Origin: Salpingoeca rosetta
Lineage: Eukaryota > Protista > Choanoflagellata
DNA length: 64,000 nt
Reading direction: 5' to 3'
Assembly (NCBI GenBank): GCA_033442325.1
Contig: JAWQFM010000008.1
Span: forward strand, 1,596,287-1,660,286
The translations under genes and the position numbers were made by a program. The notes below the pieces were generated by a model that saw only the letters and a list, made by a program, of their open reading frames with translations, made no database searches and was not told where the DNA came from. Below are positions 1 to 16,483 of the stretch, one piece after another (within the stretch, counting starts at the first letter, position 1; every line of letters starts with the position of its first letter).

Positions 1-107
1 AAAAAAAAAAAAAAAGAAAAAAAAAGAGAGAAAAACGCCTAGCAATCCCACAAAGACAACCAAAAAAAACAATACAAATAATAAAAAAAAAAAAAAAAAA
101 AAAAAAA

Positions 108-141
<34 letters not shown>

Positions 142-226
142 CATATATCCCCATATAACATTAATAACGCAGCGTATAAAAAACTACCTTATAACTTTAC
201 TAAATGAAAAATAATGAAAAAAAAAG
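1..226. other. A-rich low-complexity sequence, probably low-quality contig edge
   Basis: Long poly-A runs with no coding signal, unlike the rest of the window. Confidence 0.6.
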
Positions 227-359
227 TATGTGTGTGTGTGTGTGTGTGTGTGTCCGTGTGTCCGTGTGTCCATCTGTCCGTCCGTCTGCTTGTCCGTCTC
301 TCTATTCCCCCCCCCCCAACACACACGCCCTCTCACCCCTCCGACCCCCTGGTCATCAG

Positions 360-5852
<5,493 letters not shown>

Positions 5853-6426
5853 GAAGACAGATGACACGTAGATACACGCACTCACATGCGCATGCACAAG
5901 GGCAGACACGTGCACTTGAACATGTTGGGGTGCAAGTGGTGTGACTGCCACGTATGTTTTGAGGAGTATCGTTGTATTGAACGGGTTCAGCTATCATGGA
6001 AGGAGAAAGCGAGGGAAGCAAGGCAGCAAGCAAGGGACGCCAGGTGAAACACCGCGCTTGTGTCACAACGAAGCAACAAAGCAAAGAACAACACGCAAAT
6101 ACGCAAAAACAGAACGAAAAGAGGCAGATGATCGTGGACAGTGATTAACAACCCAAACACCAACACAAATGCGCACTGCTACTACTACGGTTTCTACACA
6201 TGTACACAACGCGCGCGTACATGGCAGCACGCAGGGGTCGAATCGATTGATTAGAGGAGAAAGGAGGAGGAGGAGGGAGGGGGGGGGCAAGAAGGTCGTT
6301 GGCGATGCTAGCAGGGAGTGACAAATTGTTGCAGGGGTGATGTGGCGGCGATGGCGGTGATGGCGCTGGAGCTAATATGGCGAGGATAACAAGGGACAAA
6401 CAAACAAACAAAGGGTGTGACTATGA

Positions 6427-7161
6427 CTAGTTGCCGACCGATGCTGCCGGTGCCCAGGGCTGGTAGTCGCTGACAGCCTTGCGAGCCTCGTCGGTGAATG
6501 GGCCGTCGATGCGGATGGAGATGGCGGGCGTGTCTGGGTCGAGGCAGACCGCCTGGTGCTCGTAGCGCGGGTCAAACCAGCCTGCATGGCCCGTGCAGCG
6601 CTGCGGCTGGGCCGAGGAGTCCTCGGAGAAGACCTGGATGGTCTTTGCGGTGCCGGCGCGCAGCCAGAGGAACTCGTTCAGTACGTCCGGGATGGTGTGA
6701 TCGCGGTGCCTGATGCCGTCCTTACCAGAGCGGTCGATGATAACCCAGATGCGGCCCATCTCCTTGAGCACCTTGCCGATGACTTGCTCCTCAATGAACG
6801 CCTTGAACTTGGGGAACTTGTTAAAGAGGGGCGCGTCCTCCCACATGTCGCTGCGGCTGCGGTTCTGGTGCTCCATGGCGCCCTTTGCCGTGGGCATGCG
6901 CAGGTACAGCCCAAACGTGGAGTCGCTCACGTTGCCGGACGTCTCGAACCGCTTGACGGCAGCGCCGTCCACGTGCGTCTCCGGGTCCTTGGACTCGGTC
7001 ACAACCCCGTGCGGGTACACGACGCGGCCGGGGTCCGCCTCATCCACGGACCGGTTCAGTGTCTCCACGCCCACGCGCTGAATCTCCTCCACAACCTCCT
7101 GCCACTGCTTCTCATCCACAAACTGGTCCAGGCTCGCAATCATCCTGCCCGTTGTTCCGTA
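6427..7161 (-). CDS. 2OG-Fe(II) oxygenase / Asp-Asn beta-hydroxylase-like (DSBH) protein; main exon, with a possible short first exon at 7659-7591
   Basis: HxD motif (GIRHRDH), EFLWLR, WFDPRYEH (distal His) and SIRIDG. Acceptor CAG at 7164-7162. The catalytic region has no introns. Confidence 0.7.
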   Translation of the reverse strand, partial: YGTTGRMIASLDQFVDEKQWQEVVEEIQRVGVETLNRSVDEADPGRVVYPHGVVTESKDPETHVDGAAVKRFETSGNVSDSTFGLYLRMPTAKGAMEHQNRSRSDMWEDAPLFNKFPKFKAFIEEQVIGKVLKEMGRIWVIIDRSGKDGIRHRDHTIPDVLNEFLWLRAGTAKTIQVFSEDSSAQPQRCTGHAGWFDPRYEHQAVCLDPDTPAISIRIDGPFTDEARKAVSDYQPWAPAASVGN

Positions 7162-7869
7162 CTGCACGCTAATGAGTCGAGAGAACAGAGGAACCCTCGT
7201 TTGCCTTGCTGTGCTTTGGTCTGTGCGGTGCGGCGATGCTGTTTGTCCGAGGGAGGTGGTGGGAGGTGTAGCTTGAACGTCCGTGACCGCGGGCGACACG
7301 CAGAATGAGGTTTGAACTGCGCACGACCGCGGTCTGCGCACCCATCGAATCGCAAAAAGAAAAAAAAAAACGGGATAATCACCAGAGCAAGCAATGAAGG
7401 AGAGAAGGAGAGGCGACAAAGCAAGCAAGCAAGCAGACAACGAATGGCCAGGCACGCGAATCGCATGGCCAGCAAGAGAGCAAGAGGACGACGGCATGGA
7501 ACACGCATCATTGTTATCATATCCGGCGCACGAACAGATGAGCGGAGAGACAATGAAGAGGGCGAAGGCGAGGGCAAGAGCAAGGCGGACGCCAGCACGC
7601 GGGAGACATCCGTTCCGGCGCAGTTCCACGAGTTTGTTGGTTGGAGCGTCCAGAGTCATGGAACGGTGCGAGTCGCAGTCCGTTCAACCAGGTGCGTCGT
7701 GTATGTGTGCGTGTGCATGTGTGTGTGTGTGTGCGTGCGTGTGCGCGCGCGCGCGTGTGCGTGTGTGTGCATGTGCGTGTGTATGCGTGAGCGACGAGTT
7801 TGGGTCCATTCTGATGCCATCGTTCACAACCACAACACAGGGCGTGACTGACTGTCTGACTGACTTAAT

Positions 7870-8055
7870 GCATGGCACCCAAACCGACAACGAGTGGCGT
7901 GGTAACCCCCACAACATACCTTCCTCCTGCCAGCCCAACGGACCGACAGGAAGGATGGCGACCTCATCCGGGTCCAGAAGAACGCGTGAGCCCTCCTGGA
8001 GCACCAGAGTGTGCCGCCAGACCATCCAGGCTAGAGGCCCAGATGGTGCCGATGC
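7870..8055 (-). ncRNA. Candidate Fanzor omegaRNA scaffold
   Basis: Microsatellite-free segment 3' of the Fanzor stop. Consecutive hairpins at 8047-8021, 8015-8000, 8000-7973, 7969-7953 and 7951-7925, plus 5'/3' complementarity (8055-8045 with 7879-7870). Confidence 0.55.
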
Positions 8056-8186
8056 TGTGTAAGGCAAGGTTCATCACACGTGCATGAGACTTGTGTGAGG
8101 GGCGTTAGTGAGGGGATTCTGCTTGAACAAGCAACGGCAGTCATCTGCAACAACCACGACAACAAGAGCAGCAGCACGAAGATGAA

Positions 8187-8218
8187 CGCAGCAGCAGCAG
8201 CAACAACAACAACAACAA

Positions 8219-8274
<56 letters not shown>

Positions 8275-8275
8275 T
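8187..8275. repeat. (CAG/CAA)n trinucleotide tract just 3' of the Fanzor stop
   Basis: Direct reading. Confidence 0.9.
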
Positions 8276-11200
8276 CATCCCACGTTTGCTATGCTCCATT
8301 CGCGACACATGCGGCGCGACACTGTCACCAGCCCGTTATCCATATCAGGACCGTCCGGCTCGGAGGACCCACGCCACGGACCAAGCTCACCGTTTGCCTC
8401 CTCCACCAGGGACCTGCACACCCACAAGGCACGGGCGCATCGATTGCGGTGAGATTGCGGAACAGCACACACACACGTGCACACACGTGCACACATGCAC
8501 TCGCACATGCACATGCACACACACACACACACGTGTGCACACATGCACTCGCACATGCACACACACACACATATATACAATTTACACTCACTCATACGCA
8601 TTTACACACACACACACACACATGCGCTCACGCACAAACTCATGCACTCACATGTACACACATGCACACTCGCATACACACATGCACACACGCATTCACA
8701 CGTGCACACACGCATACACGCATACATATTTACACACACGCATTCACATACACACGCACACGCTCGCCTACATGGAACCATACCTCGCAGCGATAGTCTT
8801 TGCGGCAGCAACGTCTCGGTCAGCAGACGCACCGCAGTGCGTACACGTGGCAATCCTGTCAACCATTTGCGTACACACGTGCATGAGCACACACGCATAT
8901 CCGCACCCTCTTCTCTCATACATGCGCACACACACACAACCACGCATATCCGCACCCTCTTCTCACATACATGCGCACACACACAACCACCCATATCCGC
9001 ACCCTCTTCTCTCATACATGCGCACACACACACACACAACCACGCATACCCGCACCCTCTTCTCACATACATGCGCACGCACACACACAACCACGCATAT
9101 CCGCACCCTCTTCTCACATACATGCGCACGCACACACACAACCACGCATATCCGCACCCTCTTCTCACATACATGCGCACACACACACACACAACCACGC
9201 ATATCCGCACCCTCTTCTCTCATACATGCGCACACACACACACACAACCACGCATATCCGCACCCTCTTCTCACATACATGCGCGCACACACACACACAC
9301 AACCACGCATATCCGCACCCTCTTCTCACATACATGCGCACACACACAACCACGCACATTCATGCACATACCTCGTTTGCTCGTCAATGCGGTTTGGCCA
9401 GGCACAGCAGAGGGAATACTTTGTCGTCCTGAACTCCTCCACAATTTTTGTGTCGACCCGGCAGCCGATGGCGCGGCGTAGCTCCAGGATGGGAGCCTTT
9501 GTCCCTCCGCCGCGACCCTTATGGACGCTGGGAGCAGGAGGCAAGAGAGGCAAGAGGCGAGTTCAGTTGGGCTGTTGTCGGTGCGGCGTGACCGTTGGAT
9601 GTGGGCAAGGGTGCATTGTTGTGCGTGTGTGTGTGTGTGTGTGTGTGTGCGTGCGCGTGCGTGCGTGCGTGTGTGCGTGTGTGCTTACCAGTCTCCGAAG
9701 AACACCCGACAGTCGCGTCCAAAGCGTGTCGCAAGCTCGCCGGCGACTCTGCTTCGGAAGCGACAGTGCTTCAGCTTCTCATGAAGCCTCCACTTCAACT
9801 CTCGCCTGCTCACACCTTCCCTCAAACACTCCCTCGCAGACGCAACCACATCGTCCACGCTCCCTGGCTCCGCACCCCCGCCCTGCTCTTCCCGTTCTCG
9901 CTGCTCCCGCTCTTCCTCTCCCTTGTCCCTGCCTTCCTGCCCCTCTCCCTTGTCCCTGCCTCCCTGCTCCTCCTGCTGCTGTCGTCTCAGCTGCTCCTCC
10001 TTCTCAATCCGTGCCTTCTCTTTCCTGCGCCTGCTCCTCTCCCTCTTCGTCCGCTTGCCCCGCTCCCTCTTCTTCCTGCGTGACCCCGTCTCCCCCTTCC
10101 CCATCGCCCCTCCCTGCTCCCCACCCTCGTCGCTACCCCCTGACCTTGCTGGCACTGTCGCCGTTGGCTTGTGGTGTCGCCGTCCCCGCCCCGTATACAA
10201 CTGGTTCGCTATTCGCTTCTGTGACACCAGCATTTTTTTGCCGTCTTGGATCCGAACGCATGCCAGCGGGATGCGGGTGCCTGGGTCGACCCCAACCACG
10301 GGTGTGATGGGGCTGGTGTCGCAGACGGTGTCGCGGCGCGCGCTGGGCTCCACCAGGAGGTATGCCGTGTAGCCGTCCGTCCTGATGGACGTGACGCGAC
10401 GCTTCCGGAACTGCCTGGCCACGTCTGCTCCGAGGAAATCGAGGAGGGACGGAGCTTGCCTTGGCTGTGGTCGCACTGCGGCAGGCTGTCGGCACTGGCG
10501 CTGGGAGTGGCCGAGGCGGCCACACTTGCAGCAGGTCAGGTACCGTAGTAGTCCTGCATCTAGTTGTATGAAAGGGTGCTTGTTTGTGAATGTGGGGAAT
10601 ATCTTGAACGAGGTCAAGTCGGTGTCGGGCGGTGCAAGGGTCCTCGCAAGATGCTGCGCGGCGCCGATGTAGAGGGCCAGCTCGGCCGTGTGCTCACATG
10701 CGAAGCGCGCGCCTTCGTCATGGTGCTCCGCCACCTTCTTCAGTTGCCGTTGAGCAGCTCTCGCCTTGTTCTTGAGATCCCGTTGGAGGAGCGGGGTGAA
10801 CTCCTTGGACGCCAGGTTCAGCAGCTTGTATGCCTAAGTGGTGAAGATGAGCACGTGCAAACACGCGTGTGAGTTGGTTGTGTGTGCATGTGTATGAGTT
10901 GGTTGTGTGTATCGCGTTGGTCGAGCTGGGACACACACCGCGATGCATGATGTAGCAACAGCAGGCATGGGAGTAGGATCATCAAGCAGACAAGGCAAAC
11001 ACGCAAGCATGCGCACAGACATACCATGGTGGCCGTCATCCATTTCGGTGGGTCCGGTATCCCCACGCCGTGCTGTCGGAGGATTGACAGCATCGGATGC
11101 TGGCTATGTTTTTTGTGGTTGCGCAGTGTGGTGAAGAGGTTGCTTAGCTTGTCTGCTGTCAGCTGTGGCGCCAAGTGCTGGAAGCAGTAGGCAGGTCTTG

Positions 11201-14200
11201 GGGATTTGCCTGTGGCTGCTGCTGTGACTGTTGTTGCAGTGGCGGGCGGTGTTGTTGCTGCGGCTGCTGTTGCTGTGGCTGCTGTTGTTTGCTGCTGCAC
11301 CTTTTGCCCTTTGCACGGGTTGTCAGACGGCGACGCCGCTCGGGACTTCTTGGGGCCCTTCTTCTTCTTTCTTCTTCTTGAGGGTCTTCGACGCCTTCGG
11401 CACGCTCCTGGCCTCGCGGAAGGCGACCTTGCGCTCCACAATTTCCTTTCTTGTGGTCTGGGCGAGTCCGCCAGAGTGGAGAGGATTTCCCGGTGGTGTT
11501 GTTCCGCAGTGCGCAGAATGTGCAGGTAGAGTGCCGTGGTTGCAGTGCACTTCATCTGCCCAGCATACCTGCGTCAAGCGTGGATGTGCGTGACAAGGCA
11601 GGGCGGGTGTGCGCATGCATGAGCGTGTGATTGCGCACGCGGGCACGAACCTCGCATGAAGTGCGAGAGTGGGATGAAGGGTGCATGGTGCAGTGAAGGA
11701 AGCAGTCAGGCAGTTCAGCGCATTGTCGGCCATACCTGCACATCTCCAGCACCTTTGAGCGCTCCAGCTCCACTCCAAGCCGCTTGAAGGGCATCAGGAC
11801 CGCCACCCTGTTGTGCACCAACATCGATAATTGCAGTTGGAAGAGGGCAAAGTGTGAGCGGGCGCAGGGCCAAGCGACAAGGGTTCAGTCACAGGTGCAG
11901 ACGGCAAGCGGTTCACGCAGCACAAACACAACGCATGCAACATAGCGCAGCAGGCAGGCTATGCAAGAGTAAACCTTGGGTTCTTGTTCTGATCTTGACC
12001 GCGTCGCTTCTGGCCACGTTTGCCCCGCTTGGTGCTCTTGCCACAATCGTCACGTCCATTGTGATCGCGAGGCTTGCGCCCTGGACGCCGCGAACGCTAC
12101 GTCACCATACAAAACACGTCACCAGATAGTACATAAGTCTACAGCGCAAAATCTCAGGGTTTCAGGCACAGCAAGCACAGCGCACCACACACGGGCGATG
12201 GCATACGCAACCATGTTGAGACTTACGTGTGATGTTGTCTCAAGTCGACCATTCCGCATGTCGGATACGATGGCTTTGAGAGCCGGGCGAAGCCGCACAC
12301 GGTGGCAGGTGTGGCCCGTGTCAGGGTCTGCACGTCCACGTGCGCGTTCCACGGCATTCTCCACGTGCACCACTCCGGCGACCGTGCGCCCCTAATGTGG
12401 TTGGTTGCAAACATGTCGGTGAGACGTGAGTGTCTTACAGTGGTTGTGCGATACAAATCAAAGCAGGGCCGTACAAGCAGGCGCACGCTCCGCAAGACAT
12501 TGCAACCCCCCACGCAAGGCATTCACGCAAGACACTGCAATATCATACCTCGTTTGCGGGGTCGCTAGTGAACTCAAACAGAGGGGTTGTGGCAGGATGG
12601 GCGCTGTCGCCGTCGTCGTCGGCCGGCTCTGGTGCAAGTGGTGGCAGCCTGCGCCTTGCCTGCGCAGTGTCGTCCCAGACGACCTGGCAGGTAAAGGCAA
12701 GCATGGCATGACGCACCTTTGCGTCGAGGTCGTCGGTTATGATGTAGTTTTGCCTGAGGTGCTGCATGATGTCGGTGTAGGTCTTGTATTTGTGTGTGAC
12801 GTACATCGCCGTGCGCATGCCGATCCCGTGAATGTGCGCACCTGGTGAGCAGGGGAAGGGGCAGCAATGCGTGAGTACTTGGCGCACACGAGCACACGAA
12901 GAGAGAGATAGAGATAGAGAGACAGAGAGAGAGATAGGGGAGGGAGAGACGGAGAGACAGAGAGAGATAGGGGAGGAGGGATGCAAGTACACACGTGCAC
13001 ACAGACAGACACTTGCACGCTTACAAACGCGCATACATGCAAGCATGCACAGACAGACGCGCAGGCATACACACAGGCAAACACGTAAGGCCAAGCACGT
13101 GCATAACTCATACCGGAGTGCTTTGGAAGGTAATCGCAACCGGACAGTACAGCAGCAAGCTGCAGCGTGTCCAGGCGAAGATCGCGAAGCGACAGGCGAA
13201 CGCCGTAGCGCGTTAACGTGAGCTCCTGCAGGTGGTGAAACTGGATCGAATCACAGGTCCTGCCAGGTGTGTGATGTGATGTGAGTGGGGCAAGGCAGCA
13301 GCAGGTCGCGCGCGGTGAGATCAAAACGCTTGTTACAAGGAGCATGGTGGGAAGTCGACGTGGCAAAGGCAGGTCAAATGCACTCAAAGGCACGCCAAGT
13401 GGCACGCACAAGCATGCACAAGCAAGCAAGCGGGACATCAACACGATGGCATCAACACGATGGCTCACCCGGAGCTTCGCAGGTTGCGGAGGACGTGGGG
13501 CACGCCAAAGCACAGCATGTCGCTGTCGTCGCTGAGGACGGCAGCGACACGGCCGGTCCGGGCCATGAAGGCGAGTTGGGCGTCGGCCTCGTAAGGTGCC
13601 ACCACGTACTCTGTGAGGCCAAGCACAAACAAGCACAGCGGGTTCGTGAGGAAGAACGGTCTCCGTGCAAGCCACTCGGACACAAGATGGGGGCGGGACG
13701 GAGGAAGGGGCACAGAGGGCTCACAAAGATGGTCAAGTGTCACTGCCAGCGCGCGCACACACACGTGCACGCACAGCAGGGCAAATCAAGCGATCACATG
13801 CATGCACAGGAGGGCAAATCAAGCGATCACATGCACCAATGTTGAGGCGATCCAGCATGGCCATGAGGGTGCGTTGCATGTCACGGCTGACGTGCAATGC
13901 CCTTCTGCTGGCCTTTCTTGCTTCGTGGACTTTTCCTTGCTTGCGGAGCTTGAGCGCCTCCTCTCTCGCGGCCCTGTAACATCCACAATCCATGACAAAG
14001 AACGGTGCGTGAGCGTGACAAGCGTTGGCTGCAGGGCGGTTGCAGCTCTGCTCTTGAGCAATCACAGGCAGGTGTTCTTACTTTCGTTGGCGCTGACGGC
14101 GCGCGTTTTCCTCTGCTTTGGCGGCGAGGGGAGCGCCATCAAACACCACGACAGGTGTGATTCCGGCTGTCGTCAGGAGGGCGAGCCTCTTGAAGACAAA

Positions 14201-14655
14201 TCTGCAGCGTTGACACGCATGTCACAGAGTGAGTAGTAGAAGCACGGAAGCAGCAGGCAGCACAATGTGGCAGGGCTGGCATGCATGTACAGGCGTGGGG
14301 TGATGGTGTGTGTCGTACCTGTAAGGACGTAAGTCCTCGGCGTTGCGCAGCAGTTCCAAGGACCTGGAATAGCATCCTGTCAAGTGCATCGATGTGAGTA
14401 GATAGAAAGGAGGAAGGGAAGGGAAGGGTGTTCGAGATCATGTTTGAGGGCGATCCAGGAGGGCGACGCAATCAAGCAGGCAGAGCAATCAAGCAGGCAG
14501 AGCAACCAAGCAGGCAGAGCAACCAAGCAGGCAAACCCCTTACCCTTATAGGCAAAGGATGATATGTCAATGGCCACGCGTTGGCCAGTGAACCTTTCAA
14601 GGTTCACTGTCTGTACCACGGGGCGTACCAGGTTGATCAGTCCTGGTACGCCCAT
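8275..14655 (-). CDS. EXO1/XPG-family 5' nuclease fused to a Fanzor (TnpB-like RuvC RNA-guided nuclease); 15 exons, ~1140 aa
   Basis: Exons 14655-14544, 14376-14319, 14201-14082, 13973-13837, 13610-13469, 13259-13114, 12841-12549, 12391-12227, 12096-11975, 11807-11736, 11568-11025, 10833-9689, 9527-9372, 8855-8784 and 8413-8275. All introns are GT..AG, phases match and the total is 3423 nt. EXO1 motifs: [45 protein letters not shown]. Fanzor motifs: LYLHILR, FKIFP..FIQLD, SIRTDGY, VGVDPG (RuvC-I), [14 protein letters not shown] (RuvC-II), [14 protein letters not shown] (Zn finger plus RuvC-III). Confidence 0.88.
8890..9360. repeat. Intronic minisatellite, ~44-50-bp unit, ~10 copies
   Basis: ACCACGCATATCCGCACCCTCTTCTCACATACATGCGCAC(AC)n repeated within Fanzor intron 13. 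Confidence 0.95.
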
Positions 14656-15328
14656 GTCTCACACACACACACACACACAGGCAACAACGCAAGCACACGC
14701 GAAAACACGTGCGCAAGCGACCCAGACCCAGGCGTAAAACTGCTGAGTCAGCAAAAATGGAGAAGCGAGCACAATTTCGTGAGGACAACGATGATGAACG
14801 CAGCCGCGCGGCGCAACGGGTAAGCGAAAACAAGATTGGAGATGGGCAAGGGCGAGAGGGGAGGTGGGACAAGGGCGAGGAGAGAGGAGAGAGGAGAGAT
14901 GGGAGATGGGAGACGGAGACAAGGCCCCGTGCCGTCACAAAAGACGATGGCCGCAGAACACCGATGGGGTGCCAACGAACAGCAAACATCTGCAAGGTAT
15001 GCTGTTACAGGAAGGGGAGGGGGAAGAGGACATGGATGGATATTGGGATATTGGGCAAAGGCGTACCTTTTGTTGATGCTTGGGTGAGGCGGGGAGGGGG
15101 GAGGCGAGTGCGGAAGAAGAAACCGGGCGCTGCTGGAGATAGCTGAGGAGAGGGTGACGGGGGGGGGAAGCGAGAGAAGGAGAGAGGAAGATGGTGAGTC
15201 GAGGATGCATGATGCTGTCAGCGTACAGATGTGCGGGCGGTGCTCATGCGCTCTTTCACACACTCACACCACGCACACGCAGGCAAACAGGTGCACAACC
15301 ATGCCTGGCAGTCATCCTCACTCTCTCA

Positions 15329-15364
<36 letters not shown>

Positions 15365-15393
15365 GGCAAACAGGTGCACAATCATGCCTGGCG

Positions 15394-15468
<75 letters not shown>

Positions 15469-15627
15469 GGTGCACAGTACAGGTGCACAATGACGACGGC
15501 GTCATCCTCACTTACACGCAGGCGCAGACGAGCGGGAAAATGAATGTGGCACAAGTGAGTGAGTGTGTTTGTTGTGTTGCAGTCTGTGCGATCGTTCGCA
15601 CACGCACGTGTGTCTGCAATTGTATGT

Positions 15628-15847
15628 GTGTTTCGTCTCCCAGCCCCAGTTATGCAACAAGCACGTGCGTGTTTCGTCTCCCCCCCCCACAGTTATGCAA
15701 CAAGCACGTGCGTGTTTCGTCTCTCCCCCCCCCCCAGTTATGCAACAAGCACGTGCGTGTTTCGTCTCCCCCTCCCCCAGTTATGCAACAAGCACGTGCG
15801 TGTTTCGTCTCCCCCTCCCCCAGTTATGCAACAAGCACGTGCGTGTT
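15628..15847. repeat. Intronic minisatellite, ~42-bp unit x5
   Basis: GTTATGCAACAAGCACGTGCGTGTTTCGTCTCCCC.. repeated. Confidence 0.95.
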
Positions 15848-16433
15848 TAGCGCCACGCAACACACACACACACACACAATCACACACACACACACACACA
15901 CACAATCACAGGTGCCACGCCGAGAAGTTGGCACGGCACGAGTAGCTCTGCGGTTCCGTGAGCGGCCAGCGGGCGGTTGCGCTGGACATTGTGTGCATGT
16001 ACGAGCAGCCGCGATGGCTGACGGTTGAGGAGTCGCGGGAGCTGCTGGAGAAGGAGGCGGTGGCGCTGTCGCACACAAAGGCGAAGAAGGCGCGGAGAAA
16101 GGCACGCAAGGAGGCAGAGCAGGAAGAGGATGATAAGGATGGTGATGAGGATGGCGAGGACGATAAGGCTGAGGAGAAGGACTCCAAGAAGACAGGGAAG
16201 AAGAAAAACAAGGGCAAGGCAAAGGGCAACAAGGGCAAGGGCAACAAGCACGGCAAAGACACCACCAGCACCGACGACGACGATGCGAATGGCGATGATG
16301 ACGAAGACAAGAAGAGCGAAGGCGACGTGCTGGAAGTGAGCACGACGCAACTCGACGGCCCCTGTGACATCATGCACCTCCTGCGAACAGCAGAGGCGCT
16401 TCCCCTCACCCTTCACGCCCACAGGTGAGCTCA

Positions 16434-16483
<50 letters not shown>

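Noticed and set aside
7684-8067. 127-aa ORF overlapping the omegaRNA candidate
   Set aside because: Non-ATG start, no recognisable motif, and it runs into a microsatellite. RNA structure explains the region better.
8890-9360. CRISPR-like array next to a Cas12/TnpB-related nuclease
   Set aside because: The 'spacers' are only (AC)n of varying length rather than unique sequences, and the array lies inside a spliceosomal intron.
9685-10734. Stand-alone 349-aa TnpB or retroviral gag ORF
   Set aside because: It is part of exon 12 of the spliced gene. RuvC-II and RuvC-III are in later exons, and no capsid, protease or RT accompanies the CCHC knuckle.
14966-14974. GGGTGCCA as an inverted partner of 7873-7880 (possible TIR)
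   Set aside because: Only ~8 nt match, and it falls inside the probable first exon of the adjacent gene.
15628-15847. Second CRISPR-like repeat series
   Set aside because: Head-to-tail tandem units with no unique spacers.
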